Shown: positions 40,089 to 54,225, counted from the first letter of the whole stretch. The stretch is DNA of 63,967 nt, filler included, from Intoshia linei (GCA_001642005.1; 8 parts of 8 records of this genome joined end to end with filler, not necessarily neighbours in it), one strand, 5' to 3'. Translations and numbers: made by a program. Notes: generated by a model from the letters alone, not told the origin.

Positions 40089-40966
40089 TTATATAATCCA
40101 AATCATCTTTACTCTCAAATCACAAATCAAATCTCTTCCTTTTGGTGGGATCAATACTCTTAATAATTTATATGTTCCATGGTATCTTTTATCGGCCAGT
40201 ATTGCCCATTCGAACATACTTCCAGCATCATTTACATTAATATCATCTATTTCTTTAGATAAGAAATTTTTGTATATTGGGACTATCTGCTTGAATACAG
40301 ACATATACAGTACTGAACCAGGTACACTGTCTGATTTAAATGCACACATACCGTTGGGCAAAACTCCTATTTCTCTTTTAAGACAATAGTTATGGTGTTT
40401 ACCAGACCAAAATATTTTAGCTTCACTAAAAGTACCGATCGGCCGCTGTAATTTAAATATAGTGCAATCAATTATTAACGCCACTTCTGGATTTTGCTGT
40501 AATAAAATTCCCTAGTGTATTTGTTTCTTTTTTTTGTGGGTGTAATATACTTATGTTCCAAAATATCCTTAATACTTAATGCTGTTTTATTAATTAAATC
40601 CAGACATCCTGTAGCTGTTAAATTAAAATCTTTGCACACTATAGATAATTATAAATAATGTCTCAAAAAAGTGGGAAGTAATAATAATTTATCTATCCTA
40701 ATTAACTATTCTAAATCATACTAAAACGGACCTAATTTTGATTTTTTTGATTTTTTTCATCTTTTTATACCACCAATTAAGCACACTTCACAAGTTTTAA
40801 AAATATCTTCAAATTCAACATTTGTGAATCCAGTCATGTTGTATACACCATTTCCATGATTAAATTTGTCATAATATGGATTGATAGGTTCATCGATATT
40901 ATTTAACAAAATATTATATGATTGCATGGATTCAAGTAAAATGTCTGTGTTCAATACATTAGTCAA
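40089..40966 (-). pseudogene. PIF/Harbinger-like (IS5-related, DDE_Tnp_4) transposase pseudogene
   Basis: NMTGFTNVEFEDIF, IIDCT...QRP, FWSGKHHNYCLK and WAILADKRYHG; interrupted by stops and frameshifts. Confidence 0.85.
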
Positions 40967-41046
40967 ATCTTGAAATATTCACTTCCTCACACTCTAAAAG
41001 GCTTATACAGTTAGCCATGTACCGTTCACGTATACGTGTTGATATA

Positions 41047-42444
41047 ACGTATGGGGAATTAATTCTGCAACTTTTTAAAACGCGTATATATTAATGACCA
41101 ATCAAATTTTTATAAATTAAGTTATAACTAGGACAATTTTTTATTGACCTATAGAATAACAAAAAAACTGACCTAAAAATGAAATTACTGACTTTATCTG
41201 ACCTTAAATTTTTTTTTGTTTCTATGGTTAATACCAACTGAATCATACCCCAAACCTTCCTTTCGTAGGCCTTAAATTAAATCAATACAATATTTAAAAC
41301 ACCTTAATTTTAATATTCTCATAGGCCCCGAATGAAACAAACGATTTAAATCTCATTGTGTGATTAGAGATGTTGAAAATTATTAATGTTTATTGTAGTA
41401 TAACAATATACTTAACATTATTTGGTAAAAATTGCCTCTGTTTAGTTAGCAATTTTTTTAACAAATTGAAACTTTGTTCAACACTATTTGTGGTAGATAC
41501 GCTTTTCTTAATAAATTGTATAGATAAGGTGGCATTTGTTCAATTTTATTGTTCATTATATCATAAATGTGTTTAAATATGTTTTTTATTTATTTAATCA
41601 TTCTCCTTCGAAGGCATTATTCCTTGTACAATTTCTGGTTGATTACAAGCCATTGACGCCACGTGTAATATGGTGAAACTCCAAAATCTAAGATGGCATA
41701 CCACAACTCTACGTTAAATGGGAATTTATCCACCATTTTATACTTGAATTAATTGCTTGTTAAGTGAGGATCTGCAGAATAGTATCATTGAGGAGAAAAT
41801 TTTGCATAATCGTTACCATTGATGTACGTTTCATCGTCCATTACAATATACGTAGGACCATTCTAGCCAATGAAATGCAAGCGATAAAGACGTTCAAGAG
41901 TTATTTTGATTTCGTTTATTTTTTTATTTTTGTATTTTGGAACCTTCTTTTTTTGTGGAATGCCATTCCATAATGACTTTTTAACATTTTTGTAATCATT
42001 TTGTGATGGACATTGTGTACCTTGGCAACTTCCCTGGCTGAAATGTCTGGAGAATTTCATTTTTATCAAACCACGCTTATTTGGTCCAATTTTTTCTGGT
42101 CTAGAATTATTCATTAGCTTGTCAACAACATTTCCATTATCTATATAGACATGTAAGACTCTAGATATGGAACTTTTGTCGAATTTTTTAATGTTTAGTT
42201 CATTCCTGAGGTAAAATGCAGAAATCTGGGGGTTATTTTTTATAATTTGTTGAGCAAAATCGCGACAAGGCATTTTAAATTGTAATTATCATATAAAATA
42301 AAATTTTTAAAACACTGTTTTAATATTGTATTTACTAACCGATTTTGGCTAGTTACTAAATAAATTATTTTAAAATTTTAAAATTGTTTAATTATAACCA
42401 TTAATTAATTTTTAAAATGGTTGCAGAATTAAGTATCCATACGT
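41047..42444 (-). mobile_element. Tc1/mariner-superfamily element with TIRs, TA target duplication and decayed transposase
   Basis: TA|ACGTATGGGGAATTAATTCTGCAAC...GTTGCAGAATTAAGTATCCATACGT|TA; HTH-like ORF at 41863-42273, then IVMDDETY (first catalytic Asp). Confidence 0.85.
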
Positions 42445-42697
42445 TAATAGACCTGACTTTTTGGACAGTATTCGTAGTTTTGCTTTTTTGGCATTGTCAA
42501 TTGGCATTGGCATTTATCAATGTAGTTTTATATGTCTTCCCTTTTTATATTTTAATAAAATTTAATTGACTTTTGCTTGGTCTAAACAAAAATATATAAA
42601 TAAAAAATATCAATACTTTCATAACTCTACAGTGCTGATAATATGCATATCTTTAATGTATTCCTCCTTTACATCTACTTCATCGTCGCATACCACT

Positions 42698-43150
42698 TTA
42701 AGTATTTGATTTTCTACATAATTTAATTATACTTTTACATTGAATCAATTCATTTTTCAATTTTTCTTTGAAGAATTTCAATAATAAATCATCAATTTGC
42801 TTAGCGGAAGCAATCTCACAAATGATTTTAATCATTGGAAGTGCTAAAGCTAATGTTGCATGTGACGTTCCACTCAAAATAACAGTAATTTTTTTTAAAG
42901 GTTTCATTATTACAAGTGGCAATCAAAGAAGTGGTCTCTTCTGAATTCATAATTAGTTTATAGAATTTATCAAACTCTTTACGGTTTTCTGCGAAAGTAG
43001 CATCTTCCAGAAACACAGTGATCTGTTGTCTGATCAGCATATATTTATGTATCATGTTATATGTTGAATTCTAACGAGTTTTTGAATATTAACATGGAAT
43101 TGCTTTGCTATTACTTTGTTTTCAACTTTTCTCGTAATGCCATATTCAAG
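42698..43150 (-). pseudogene. hAT transposase fragment
   Basis: TR*NSTYNMI (TRWNST motif) and KPLKKITVILSGTSHATL. Confidence 0.75.
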
Positions 43151-43859
43151 CTATACCGCAAATATAACAAAATTTATTAGCAATTTTATAAGATTCCATT
43201 TCAAATAAATGCAAGAAACAAGTGATATTGACAACAATTAATTTATTTAATAAATTTTACACGTTGTTTGATACCAAAAATTCTGTAACAATAAGCTTCT
43301 TAATTTGACTTGGAACTAAACTGAAATATTAGAGAATTGGAAATAGTTATACGTTAAATATTATCATTTGTAAAACTTCGAAAAGGCATTTTTAGTGTTG
43401 GACAATGTTATTATCTGGTTGACGTCACATAAATACACATGGTGTATTACACAATTATCCTAGTTTTTATTAGAATTGTTTCCAAAAGTAATGCTACAAA
43501 AAAATTTATGATGAGCCCCCCTTAAAAATTTTTCATAATAATGCGGGTCGCCACGTATTTGAGTTTGACAAGGCGGTTACATAATACATTATTTTTTAAT
43601 TATTTTAATATAGCAACATGCAGTATCTTTAATATTGAATCTTCAACTTCATATCCAGGTTTTTTTATAATTATTTATTTGAAATTATTTTAGAAATTAA
43701 ATAAAATCATACAAATTGTTGCTACAGATTTAAATGATAAATTACCAAAGTAATAATTAGATTTTTATTTCTTTGGTCAAAGTTGGCAACTTTATACCAT
43801 TTCATATACTAAATAAATATTAATACTAATGGTAGTAATAGTAACTGAATACTAAATTC

Positions 43860-44400
43860 TTATTTGTCATCTAGTTTCGAGTTTCCAATTTTAGTTTAAA
43901 TCTAGATGTATGAGATTAATCACAATCACAGATTCAAGTTTGCTGTAAACAGGAGTATTTACTATGACAAACGTGGGTGAGATTACACCCATTTCGGTAC
44001 ACTGATCAATTAAACTTTTTAACCAGTCATTGCAATCATCTGCTTTAAATGATCCGCGGTGAGTCTTGAAATTGAATATTCTACTTGCCGACATCGCAGC
44101 AATGCAGTGGATTTTTAAACCTTGCGAACTTGCCGTAATAACCGTCGACCTGCATCCAACTTTAGATCTACTCTCCTTTCGTCTACAAAACTATTGAAGC
44201 TAGATTATTCAATTCAGATTATAATTCTACCATTAGATCTCGCCAATAGAAAAACTATTAATATCATAAACTCGCTTTAATTTGTTTTCTAGGATAGTAA
44301 CTTTGAAGTGGCATTGGTCTAATAGCCTTCAACGTGAACATCTCACAATTCAACCTATTTTTAATTGTGGTGGTGCAAACTGTAACTTGAAATACTTGCC
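43860..44400 (-). pseudogene. IS630/Tc1-like (DDE_3) transposase fragment
   Basis: CRRKESRSKVG..., SQGLKIHCIAAMS, RGSFK and FVIVNTPVYS (a degenerate DNAP.HS motif). Confidence 0.75.
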
Positions 44401-44644
44401 ACAATTTATCTAAACGATTTTTCGCATAGTTAATACGTTTAATTTGTTGTTTGATTGGATCCTTGTTAGAGAATACAACATTTCTAACTGCTTATATTGT
44501 TCTGTAGTTATGAGGGTTTCTTGATAAAAAATACAGCTGCCGTATAGATTTTTTAGGTCTTTAAAGTATTAGGAAATCGAAATCTTGTATATATTATTTT
44601 TTTATTATGTTTATGTGTATTATAATTTTATCTAATTATTTTAG

Positions 44645-44729
44645 CTTTAAAAAAGAAATTAATACTATTGAATCGCAATCACAATTGGTTAGATGTGAAT
44701 TGAACAACATGAAGGATAGTATCGATGAG
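44645..44729 (+). CDS. Isolated coiled-coil-like exon, gene unknown
   Basis: TTTTAG|...FKKEINTIESQSQLVRCELNNMKDSIDE|GTATTT, with clean splice sites. Confidence 0.3.
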
Positions 44730-44963
44730 GTATTTTATATTATTTTTGCGACTTATGTTTGTTTTGTAAGCTGCTCCATCGTGTCGCTGGAACGTTTTTT
44801 TATATCGAATAGAATGACTAATGGTATAGTTTATACCATACAATATAGAAAGTTATGTTTTAAATATATTAACATCGCACTAACTTAAAGATAAAAATAT
44901 GACATACACTGCATTTTAATAATATATTTACAAATTTCAACAATGTGATTTCTAATTCCAATA

Positions 44964-45600
44964 AACCTTACTTATATAATATGCTACGCAATATTTGTTT
45001 GTGTGTGTTCCATTTTATGTCAATCAGTCTTAGAATTTTATAAAGTCCACATTTCATATACAGTTTTTACCGAGGGATATAACATAAGTTTCAACTTCCC
45101 AAACTCACATCTTACGGGTCAAAAACTCCAATTGTCCTTTTTTTAATAAAAATAGCCCTAGAATTTCAAAAAAATTACAGGTTGTACAGTTGTATCCTGT
45201 TAACACATATGACGACTTCACGATCAAAAAAGCATTTTAGTATACATATTTTTTTTCCAAAATATTTTATTAAAACAAAAAATGTGAAAAAATTAACGGT
45301 CCGAAAATGAAAAAAAAATTATTCTGATAGAGCTTATTCCAGTTGATATAAATACAAAATGTTAAACCTGAAATCTACCCATTCCCGGTGCAATATAATT
45401 TTTAATATATTATTAACCAATATGTTTCAAATATTTGATTAAAATAAAAATTGAAAATGTTCCTACAATTTCAAAAAAAATGTGCATCAAAAAACGTTTA
45501 CACATTTCCATAAGAAGTTCGTAAAGAAATGTTGGTAAAAATTTATGTAATTTATTCCTTCGGAACTTTTTTCATTGCTACGCAATTTTCAATTTGAAAA
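44964..45600 (+). mobile_element. Helitron copy, 5' part
   Basis: CCTTACTTATATAATATGCTACG start; internal blocks collinear with 3460-4478. Confidence 0.85.
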
Positions 45601-46029
45601 CATTTCATAAGTGACGACAATTGTATGTTTATTTAACTTTACATTAGTTAGTGTGGCCATATTTAACATGTAGAAAATACGTATTTTATTTTACTTAAAA
45701 ACAAAATTACTCATAATTTTAAAATTGTTCAATTATAAAACAGTTGTCATTTCTACGCTTTTCTAAGCCAAATACATAAATTATGAAAAATACGTATTTG
45801 TGGCCACACCACTTTAGTGACTAGATTAAGTGTAGTTATGTACGATGTACATTACACACTCTAATATAAAATATTCAGAAAAATACGTCTTATCGCTTTT
45901 AGTTTATTTGGAATAAATTTTAAGCCGAAAATTTTTATTCGTCATCATANNNNNNNNNNNNNNNNNNNNNNNNNNNNNNNNNNNNNNNNNNNNTTAATTA
46001 ATTAANNNNNNNNNNNNNNNNNNNNNNNN

Positions 46030-46210
46030 NNNNNNNNNNNNNNNNNNNNCTGAAACAAGTTTGGGAACCACTCCTTTAAAGGATTGATAATAGTGAATAA
46101 TAGATTTTTAAGTTAGATTTTCAGCGTGAATCTATTTTTTGGGTAGAATAAAAATGTTCCATCGGCAGATCTAGGTGCTGTTTGTACGTAGTACAAAACA
46201 GCCAAGCTAG
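46030..46210 (+). mobile_element. Helitron 3' end
   Basis: GCTGTTTGTAC-GTA-GTACAAAACAGC hairpin followed by CAAGCTAG|T. Confidence 0.85.
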
Positions 46211-46472
46211 TATGTAATAATACACTTTCGTTTCTTAAACTCACTTCTAGGTTAAATTTGTTTACAAATTAAAGTTAAAAATAAATTAAATTTTTGAATA
46301 TAAAGTAATTAGACTTTCCAGTAAAAATAGTTCATCTGCATGTATTGACGTTGGCTTTTTTATATAAATTTTTGTTTTTCTTGGTGGGTAACGCTATGAA
46401 ATATGGTGACCGCATGATCAATATGACACTACTGCTCGTGTCAAACAAGATTTTCCTATATAATTAATTTAC

Positions 46473-48279
46473 CTAAGTTTATATCGACATATAAAGTTGC
46501 ATGATGAAGATGTATTAAAATATAGTCTCCCAAAGAACTGTCTGTCATAAATAGTATTCCATTAATGAATGTGGTCTTGAATCGTATTTGAATATTATTT
46601 GTAAGGCTACTGTAATAATTTTCTGGTTTCATGAGGTTATAAGTAATATATCCATTTCCATTAAAGTAAGCTTTATTCCCCTCTAAAATGTTTAAATATA
46701 TATTAGTATTTTTTATCAAATTTTTAAAATCTGGTATATAAGTATTCATCAATTCTAATGGTTTACTATATCTGCATCCGTACAATTCGATCCTTATAGA
46801 AATCATATTATTCCATCTTTGAGGGTTGATTCGAACGTATTGAGCTATTAAAGGATTACCCAATTCATTTTCCACTACCGAACTGTCGTCAAAATTACCA
46901 ATAAATAACTAAATTAATATATTTGACTAAATAAAAATACAGTATTCTCGATTTAATTCGCCAACGTTAACACGTGACTTAATTTTAGCATAGTAGAGAA
47001 TATGACGAACCAGAGAAAATATGTCGATAGGAAGAACATATAATACTAGTTATTTCTACTATAAAATTTTTTATACCATGGTCCCTTGTTAATAAAATAA
47101 CATTTACAATGTATATTATCATGAAATTACGTATTTAGTCAATTGCAGAGAGAATGAAACATAATTTAAATCATTTAAAGTGTTGTAAAGGAAAATATTT
47201 TTTACCATAAATTTAATTTTTTATATATTTTATATTTCATATTAAATTTCAAGTGAATTGTAGTTTGCCTACTCAACCATTAAAAATTAAAAATTTTAAG
47301 TATTGTTGAAAGATGTATGATGAAAATTTTTTTTTTGATCCCAAACAAAATTTACACAAAACTTTACAAAATTACCCAATTTTTTCAAAATGTTTCCAAA
47401 TTTTTCGAAATAATCAAAAAATTTCCATCTAATTCAAATTTAAATTGATATTAAAAAAACATGCACACGCATTTCAAGTTTAACCAACAGTTTGTATACA
47501 AATGTACTTAAATTCTAACGGTGCGAAACTAATTTCCATACTATTAAATTTTTTTAATATCTTGACCTCTTTTAAAAAAAAATTTGCAAAAAATGATAAG
47601 ATAAAGAAAATACGGAACTTTGTAATTGACAATTGTTAATATTTTATATTGTACATATATTATTCAAATACAATTTTTTAATTTGTATTGTTCAAAATTA
47701 CTTGATTACTCCCATATTGATTCTTATACGAATACCAAATATTTTTATCAATCGAATATTCGACAAAATATTCCGTTACAAATTCATTACTTCCCTGACG
47801 TCCTTGTGTAGATATTTTATTGATGGCATATTGATATCCCAGATCAATTGTTAAATGCTGATTAATATTTGATACTCCAGCAGTCCAGGAACCGCCAGCT
47901 AATGTAGAATTTTAAAATAAAAAAAACAGCTACTCTCATTTTCATATCAATTTTTTATAATTTTTCGTCAAATCACATACGATATTTAATTATTATCAAA
48001 AACTCAATTACCTCTAAAACTGTTTAAACGACCGTATTGTGCTTTTCTAGCTTTATTAAAAAAAGAAGTAGCTTCCAAGTTTTGATCGGGAATATAATAA
48101 TTTGAAATTCCAACAGGAATAGAATATGAACAAAGACTATTAAAGTCTATTTTAACATTTTTTTCATTTACTAAATTTTATAAAAATATCAACAATAATA
48201 AACCTTGAGTAAGTTCAAATGCGTAAAAATATTGCAATAAAATTAAGTAAAATGATAAAACTATTACAACACACATCAT
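46473..48279 (-). CDS. Nrx-IV: Neurexin IV / contactin-associated protein, 5' part. Exons 48279-48204, 48170-48012, 47898-47702, 46908-46767, 46682-46473; remainder beyond the gap
   Basis: Signal peptide MMCVVIVLSFYLILLQYFYA, then a discoidin F5/8C domain (GGSWTAG..NQHLTIDLG...ISTQGR...VRINPQRWNNMISIRIELYGC), followed directly by a laminin-G domain (IRFKTTFINGILF...GDYILIHL). Confidence 0.88.
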
Positions 48280-48369
48280 ATGTGTATATTTATGGATGCT
48301 AAAATTAATTTTTGTAAGATTAATGAACCGTAACGTGAAACTATGAAAAATAATAAATGAAAAATGTAT

Positions 48370-50628
48370 TTATTTATGTAAGTTTTTGATGAAATGAACA
48401 TATTTTTGTAATGAAATATTGACTGATGCAGCATTTTGAAGTTTTTGGCGTAAATTTTCATTTAAAGTGTTTGAACTTTTTTCAAAATTTTCTTGATCTT
48501 TACGAAATTCATCCAATTTATTTTGTGTCAATATCAACTCTTTTTTTAATTTTTTATTTTCACTATATTTACCTTTATAATCATTTGATTCTTGTAAATA
48601 ATTTTCTAAACTAATACTTTTAATCGATATTTGAGATGTTGACTCGTCTGATACATTAATTTCATAATCCTTAATTACATATTGAGTGTTAAGATTTTCA
48701 TCATCATTTAAATCTTGAATATTTAATGTTTTGGGTTGAATATCGGAATTATTTAATTTTACATTTTCATTTTTTAATTTTAATAAAACACAATTTGTAA
48801 TTTCAAATTTCTTACTAATTGAATCTACTTGATTGTTTAATTTTTTAATTTCTTCGTCTTTTATTTTTAATAAATTTTTTTGACGAGTTAAATGTTTTTC
48901 CATTATTTCAATTTTAACATTTGTTTGTTCATTATATTCTTCAACTTGTTTAAGTTTTTTTGGTAATTTTTCCATCGTTTCATATTTTTTTACATTGTCA
49001 TTTTTTAAATTTATTACATCTTTTTTGTATGATATATTTTTTCCATCTTTTTTAATTAAATTTACAATTTTTTCATTTAAACTTTTTTCATTTTCTTTCG
49101 AATGTACCATTTCTTTTTGTAACTTCAATATTTCATATTGTTTTTGTCTGTCTGAAATTTCAAATTCATTTAGTTTGGTTTTGTATTTGTTTATCTTTTT
49201 TTTTAAGTCATCATTACTTTTAGAATACATGCTAAATTTAAATGTTTATACATAATATTATTACATACATATATATATTATTGTATGTACATTGTGCAAA
49301 CATATTAATTCATTTTTTTCAGATATTATAGATCATAGTCATCATATAGATCCAGTTTCTGAAATTTTTAAATTTTATGACAGGGGGGACCAAATCATTA
49401 CTTTTGCATTTTTTGATTTTTATCTATTTATTTTTGAAGAATGATTTTTTGTTCAATTGTATATCAGTGTATTTAAGGTTTTATATGTTTATAAAATAAA
49501 TGAAAGTCTAAAGTAAAATAAATAAATTTCGATAAAAAAAAAAAAAAATCTATAAAATACTGAATCATTGATAAAAATAAAATAAATATTACTAATTATT
49601 ATTAATTCCTGGTGAACACAATACTATTTTTCTGTCATTTTTCTGATAAATTAAAAAAATTAAAAAATTTTTTATGATATTCCAAATTAAAAAAAAAATG
49701 ATTACTTGACATTGGAAAAAACTTGTTCAAAATTAGTGATTTGTTCCTTCATAATATTGAGTCGATTTTTAATTTCATTTAAATTTTGATTATCACTATT
49801 AATATTTGGAGATTCATGCAATTTAATTTGATTTTTATCTGTCAAATATTCGTATTCTTGTTCCAATTTATTTAAATGGTCTTTTTCGTGTTGTAATAAA
49901 TCTGTAAGTGAATTTAATTTATTTTTGAACAATTCAATAGTTTTTTCTTGCATAAAAATTTTATCGGTCAACTCAATTTTGTCATTCTTTAGTTTAATAA
50001 TTAAATTTTTTAAACGTTCATTACAACATTTGACTCGTTCATATTGACGTTCTACTCTAATATAATTATGTTTGTATTTGGTGTCTTGTTTATGCTCTTC
50101 AGTTATATTGTAAGAATCCTTAAAATTTTTAGAATCACGTAACATGTCAATTTCATTCATTAAACTATATCTTTCCTTAATTGAAGATTGGATTTTCTCA
50201 TCTGATAAATCCAATTCTTGTCGCATTACATTTAAATCCATATTTAATTGTTCTATTATTACATTTTTTTGAGACATTTCAGACGCAAATCCATAAACAT
50301 TTGTTTGTAAAGAATGTATACCAGAAATTACTCGAATTTGATCATCTATATTTGTTGCAATTAATGATGCATTTTTCATTATATTTTTTATTTTTTGATA
50401 AAAACTATGAAAATTATTCGTTAAATGTTCCACGTTAATTTTTTTCTTATTTTGAACATTTTTATTAAAACGACACAATACTTTACCATTTTTTATAAAT
50501 TCTTCTAGAGCCAATTTTGTTTCTAATGCTTCTTTTATTATTATACGAGTATCCTTATTTTCGTTAAATATTTTATTTTTTATTGGTCCAATTTCATCTA
50601 TATTTGTTTCCGATTTACATTTATTCAT
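48370..50628 (-). CDS. Long coiled-coil protein of unknown identity (main exons ~50628-49706 and ~49230-48370)
   Basis: Two co-oriented 308- and 286-codon K/E/N/L-rich ORFs with heptad character, separated by intron-like DNA. Confidence 0.6.
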
Positions 50629-50913
50629 TTTAAACTGATTAAATTTAAATGTTTACTTCGTAACCTAATACATTGTAACTAAAATGTTTTGTTTATTCCC
50701 GGTTTCAATGATAAAATACAAAATTTTATAAATACTTTAAGTATTTTAAATATAGAATTAAAATATTTAAATAAAAAAAATTAAATAATGTCTGTGGTAT
50801 TACAAAATTAGCTGGTTTCGCACTTTTCCAATTTTATACATTTTTGTAAATTTTATTGTATTACGGGGGACCAAGGTATATAAATTTATTTAAATAATAA
50901 TTTCTAATATTAT

Positions 50914-51015
50914 CAGGGGTGGTACCAGCAATGCTGTATTTTGCTGTCTGTTCAGCAAGTGCTGTACATTTTTACAGCAAAGCATTGCTGTATTTCCAGC
51001 AAAAAGTACAGCAAT
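50914..51015. repeat. hAT-like terminus with clustered CAGCA/TGCTG subterminal repeats
   Basis: CAGGGGTGG start followed by about nine CAGCA/TGCTG motifs in both orientations. Confidence 0.5.
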
Positions 51016-51623
51016 ATTTTACAATCAAAATCGTTTATTTTAGAATTTGATTTTGTTTTAACTTGAACAAATTTGACTGTATATCTATAACAGGGGTGTC
51101 AGACTCAATTTGCTTGGCGGGCCAAATTTGAAAAAAAATATTACGCGGGCCGCACAAAAAAAATCTTTACTCAAAAAATCTTTTTAAATTAACAAATTTA
51201 ATTAATTTATAATATTTTTAATTGATAAAATGAAATATGAAACAATAAAAATGGAGTAAGTGTGCAAATAATGTGAAAATTGTAATAATGAATAAATATA
51301 TCATGAAAAATATATGAAATATGTGTAAAAAATTGTTATAAAAAATAAAAATTTATGTTTTAACGCAAATATTAATATATATAATACAGTTGTGACTAAA
51401 AAAAACGCATATAGCTATATGTATATAATTGAATCAATTAATTAAAAAAAAATTAACTCACTTATTAATTCGCATTAGACATTTATATATACACAATTTA
51501 CTATTTTTGAATTTAACTTGAAATAGTATATATATCTTATAATAAAATTGAGGCGGACAAAAAAAACACATAATTTATATATACATTTATTTATTAAATA
51601 ATATACATACATTACAATTAAAA

Positions 51624-52060
51624 TTAAAAACTTGTATGACCTCCTTTAGCTTGATAGCACTGTTCCACCCGTTTTGGCATAAATTGAACATATTTTCTAC
51701 ACGTTTGATTTGTAATTTGAAGCCATTCCTCTTTTACTATTATTTTTAATTCATTTAGATTCTTCACCCTTCTGTCATGAATCTTTTGTTTCAGATGAAC
51801 CCATAAATTTTCAATACGGTTAAAGTCAGGACTCTGTGCTGGCCATTCCATCACGTCCATTCCCTTTTGCTAGAAAAATTCGGTTGTTATTTTAGCTTTC
51901 TGCTTAGGGTCAATATCTTGTTGGAAGATAAAATTGTCCCTTAAGCCTAGTTTTTGTGCCGATAAAATTAAATTTTTGTTTAGAATTTGTGTATTTTAAT
52001 GCGTCCATTTTCCTTTCAATTATTTGGATTTCACCAACCCCATAATAACCCCAAAGAGAA
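51624..52060 (-). pseudogene. Tc1 transposase C-terminal fragment
   Basis: FIFQQDIDPK...WPAQSPDFNRIENLW...MPKRV..C..AKGGHT. Confidence 0.92.
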
Positions 52061-53385
52061 CAAGAGTATTCCGACCAAAAACTTCCATATCTCTACAAGG
52101 TCGATGTTTTCATTAAATTTATTCTTTATCAATTCATCAATGATCAGCGCACAAAAACACACCTATATGAAAATATACTTTTTCTTTAAAAAAGTTCACA
52201 CCCTAATATATATAAATAAATTGTTAATACTGGAATAAAATAATTTATTAAAATAACATTAAATGTGTCGCAATAATAAATATTTTTCGTCTTTATAGTA
52301 GCGAAACCTATAATTTTTTCCCCAGTGATTTAAAACATTGACAATGTGAAATATTTCAATAAATTGATACCAAAAAAATACTTGGATAGAATTGCAGTCT
52401 AAGCATATTATATATGTTGTAATTTTGGTTATCACTGTAAATCTCAAATAACATAAATAATTGTAATAATATTTTTCCTTGTTTGAATCATTTATACGCC
52501 AAAGTATAAGTAAATATTGAATGATGTTGGTAATACAATTAAAAACAGAAATTCAAACATTGCACTAATAAAAATTTCGTTGTTAGTGTAATTTTTATTC
52601 GTCGATTCTATCTCTATTCGTCAGATTTTATTGCCATGATTATTGTGATATCTAATAATATAATGCACAAAATAATAACATAGTGAAAAGACTAAATTAA
52701 TACATGGGTAAAGATATAATATAAAATCATGCCTCCATATCATGTATTTTACATACATGAAAGATATTTTCTGGATCATTTTCATGTACAGTAGTTGCAA
52801 AAAGTTTACGTTTTAATGTGTTTCATAGTATTTGTTTATAATCTATATATAGTAATTAAGTAAGTATAATTTTATAGTTTATTTAATATCTCAAGATAAG
52901 TTTATTACATATATTATATAATGTTTACATTAAATTAAAATTAAATTATAGTGGTTCCCGATTGGTGGTCCCTCTACCCCTTTCCATCTAAAACTATGTG
53001 CCGGGGGTTTGTGAGATTCAAATAAAATATAACAATTGTGAGACTCAGATAAAGGTCACAGTCGTGACTCGTCAATGCATAAATAAAAATAACGTAATTT
53101 GGATGATTTTTATAAAAATCAAACTATATTTATAATGTGCGACTAATGCACATGTCAAGAACCTTATATCCGCGGATAACATTAATGTTTATTAATGTGT
53201 ATTATGCCTACCGTAACATTTTATTAGTGTATGTTTAAAATATTTTTTATATATTGTAGAGCAGGGGTCGGCACACAAGTGGGCCCCCATAATAATTTTA
53301 ATAGCACTTTATGATTTTAAAATCATAAGCATTATCATCAATTTAAATTAAAAAAAATTTACAGGTGGTACAGTTGTATCCTGTT

Positions 53386-53898
53386 ATGTGAATGTACCGG
53401 GAAAAAAACCGGAACAAAATTCCCGGGATTTCCCGAAAAAAATTGAGACATACCTGTATTTGATTTATGTTTGTTATTACTATAAGAATATGATTAATAA
53501 TCATTGATTATAATATAATATTTAAAATTTACTATTTCAAAAATCCCACCACTAATAAAATTTAATCAAAAATACCATTTCAAGCCCTGATGGAAAAATT
53601 GACTTACACCGATATTCTTTTCAAAAATCCGATTTTACGAAATCTTATGAAACAAATCCACTTCATCAAACCACAAATAAAAAATCTAATTTTCTAGCCC
53701 TTAATGGAAAAATATTATGAGTTGTTACAAACTGAAACGCTATCATTAAGATTGTTAAAATTAAAGGAAGCCCTTATGCCCGTTCAACCTACATCAACAC
53801 AAAATGAAAAAAATTTCTCTACTGCTTCTAATTTCGTTACAAAACAGAACGCGTTTAAAAGACGAATCTATCAATATTATGTGTGTTTTAAAACACTT
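53386..53898 (+). mobile_element. Deleted hAT element with dimerisation-domain remnant
   Basis: CCGGGA/TCCCGG subterminal motifs at 53396-53440 and ALMPVQPTSTQNEKNFSTASNFVTK. Confidence 0.7.
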
Positions 53899-54225
53899 NN
53901 NNNNNNNNNNNNNNNNNNNNNNNNNNNNNNNNNNNNNNNNNNTTAATTAATTAANNNNNNNNNNNNNNNNNNNNNNNNNNNNNNNNNNNNNNNNNNNNAT
54001 TGGAGTAGTATCATTTAAAGTTAATGATTTGTGTTTAACAGACGACCTATGATTTTGGACATCATATAATTTTACAAATGAGACATCATAATTACATTTG
54101 ATACAAATTAAACTGCCTGCCTTCATTTTAAATGCATTTGGAAATATTCTTAAAATATTAATTTTTTCTTGTCTCGACTGTAACGATTAGCAGATAAGAA
54201 CTCTGATAAGTTCATCTTAAAAAGA

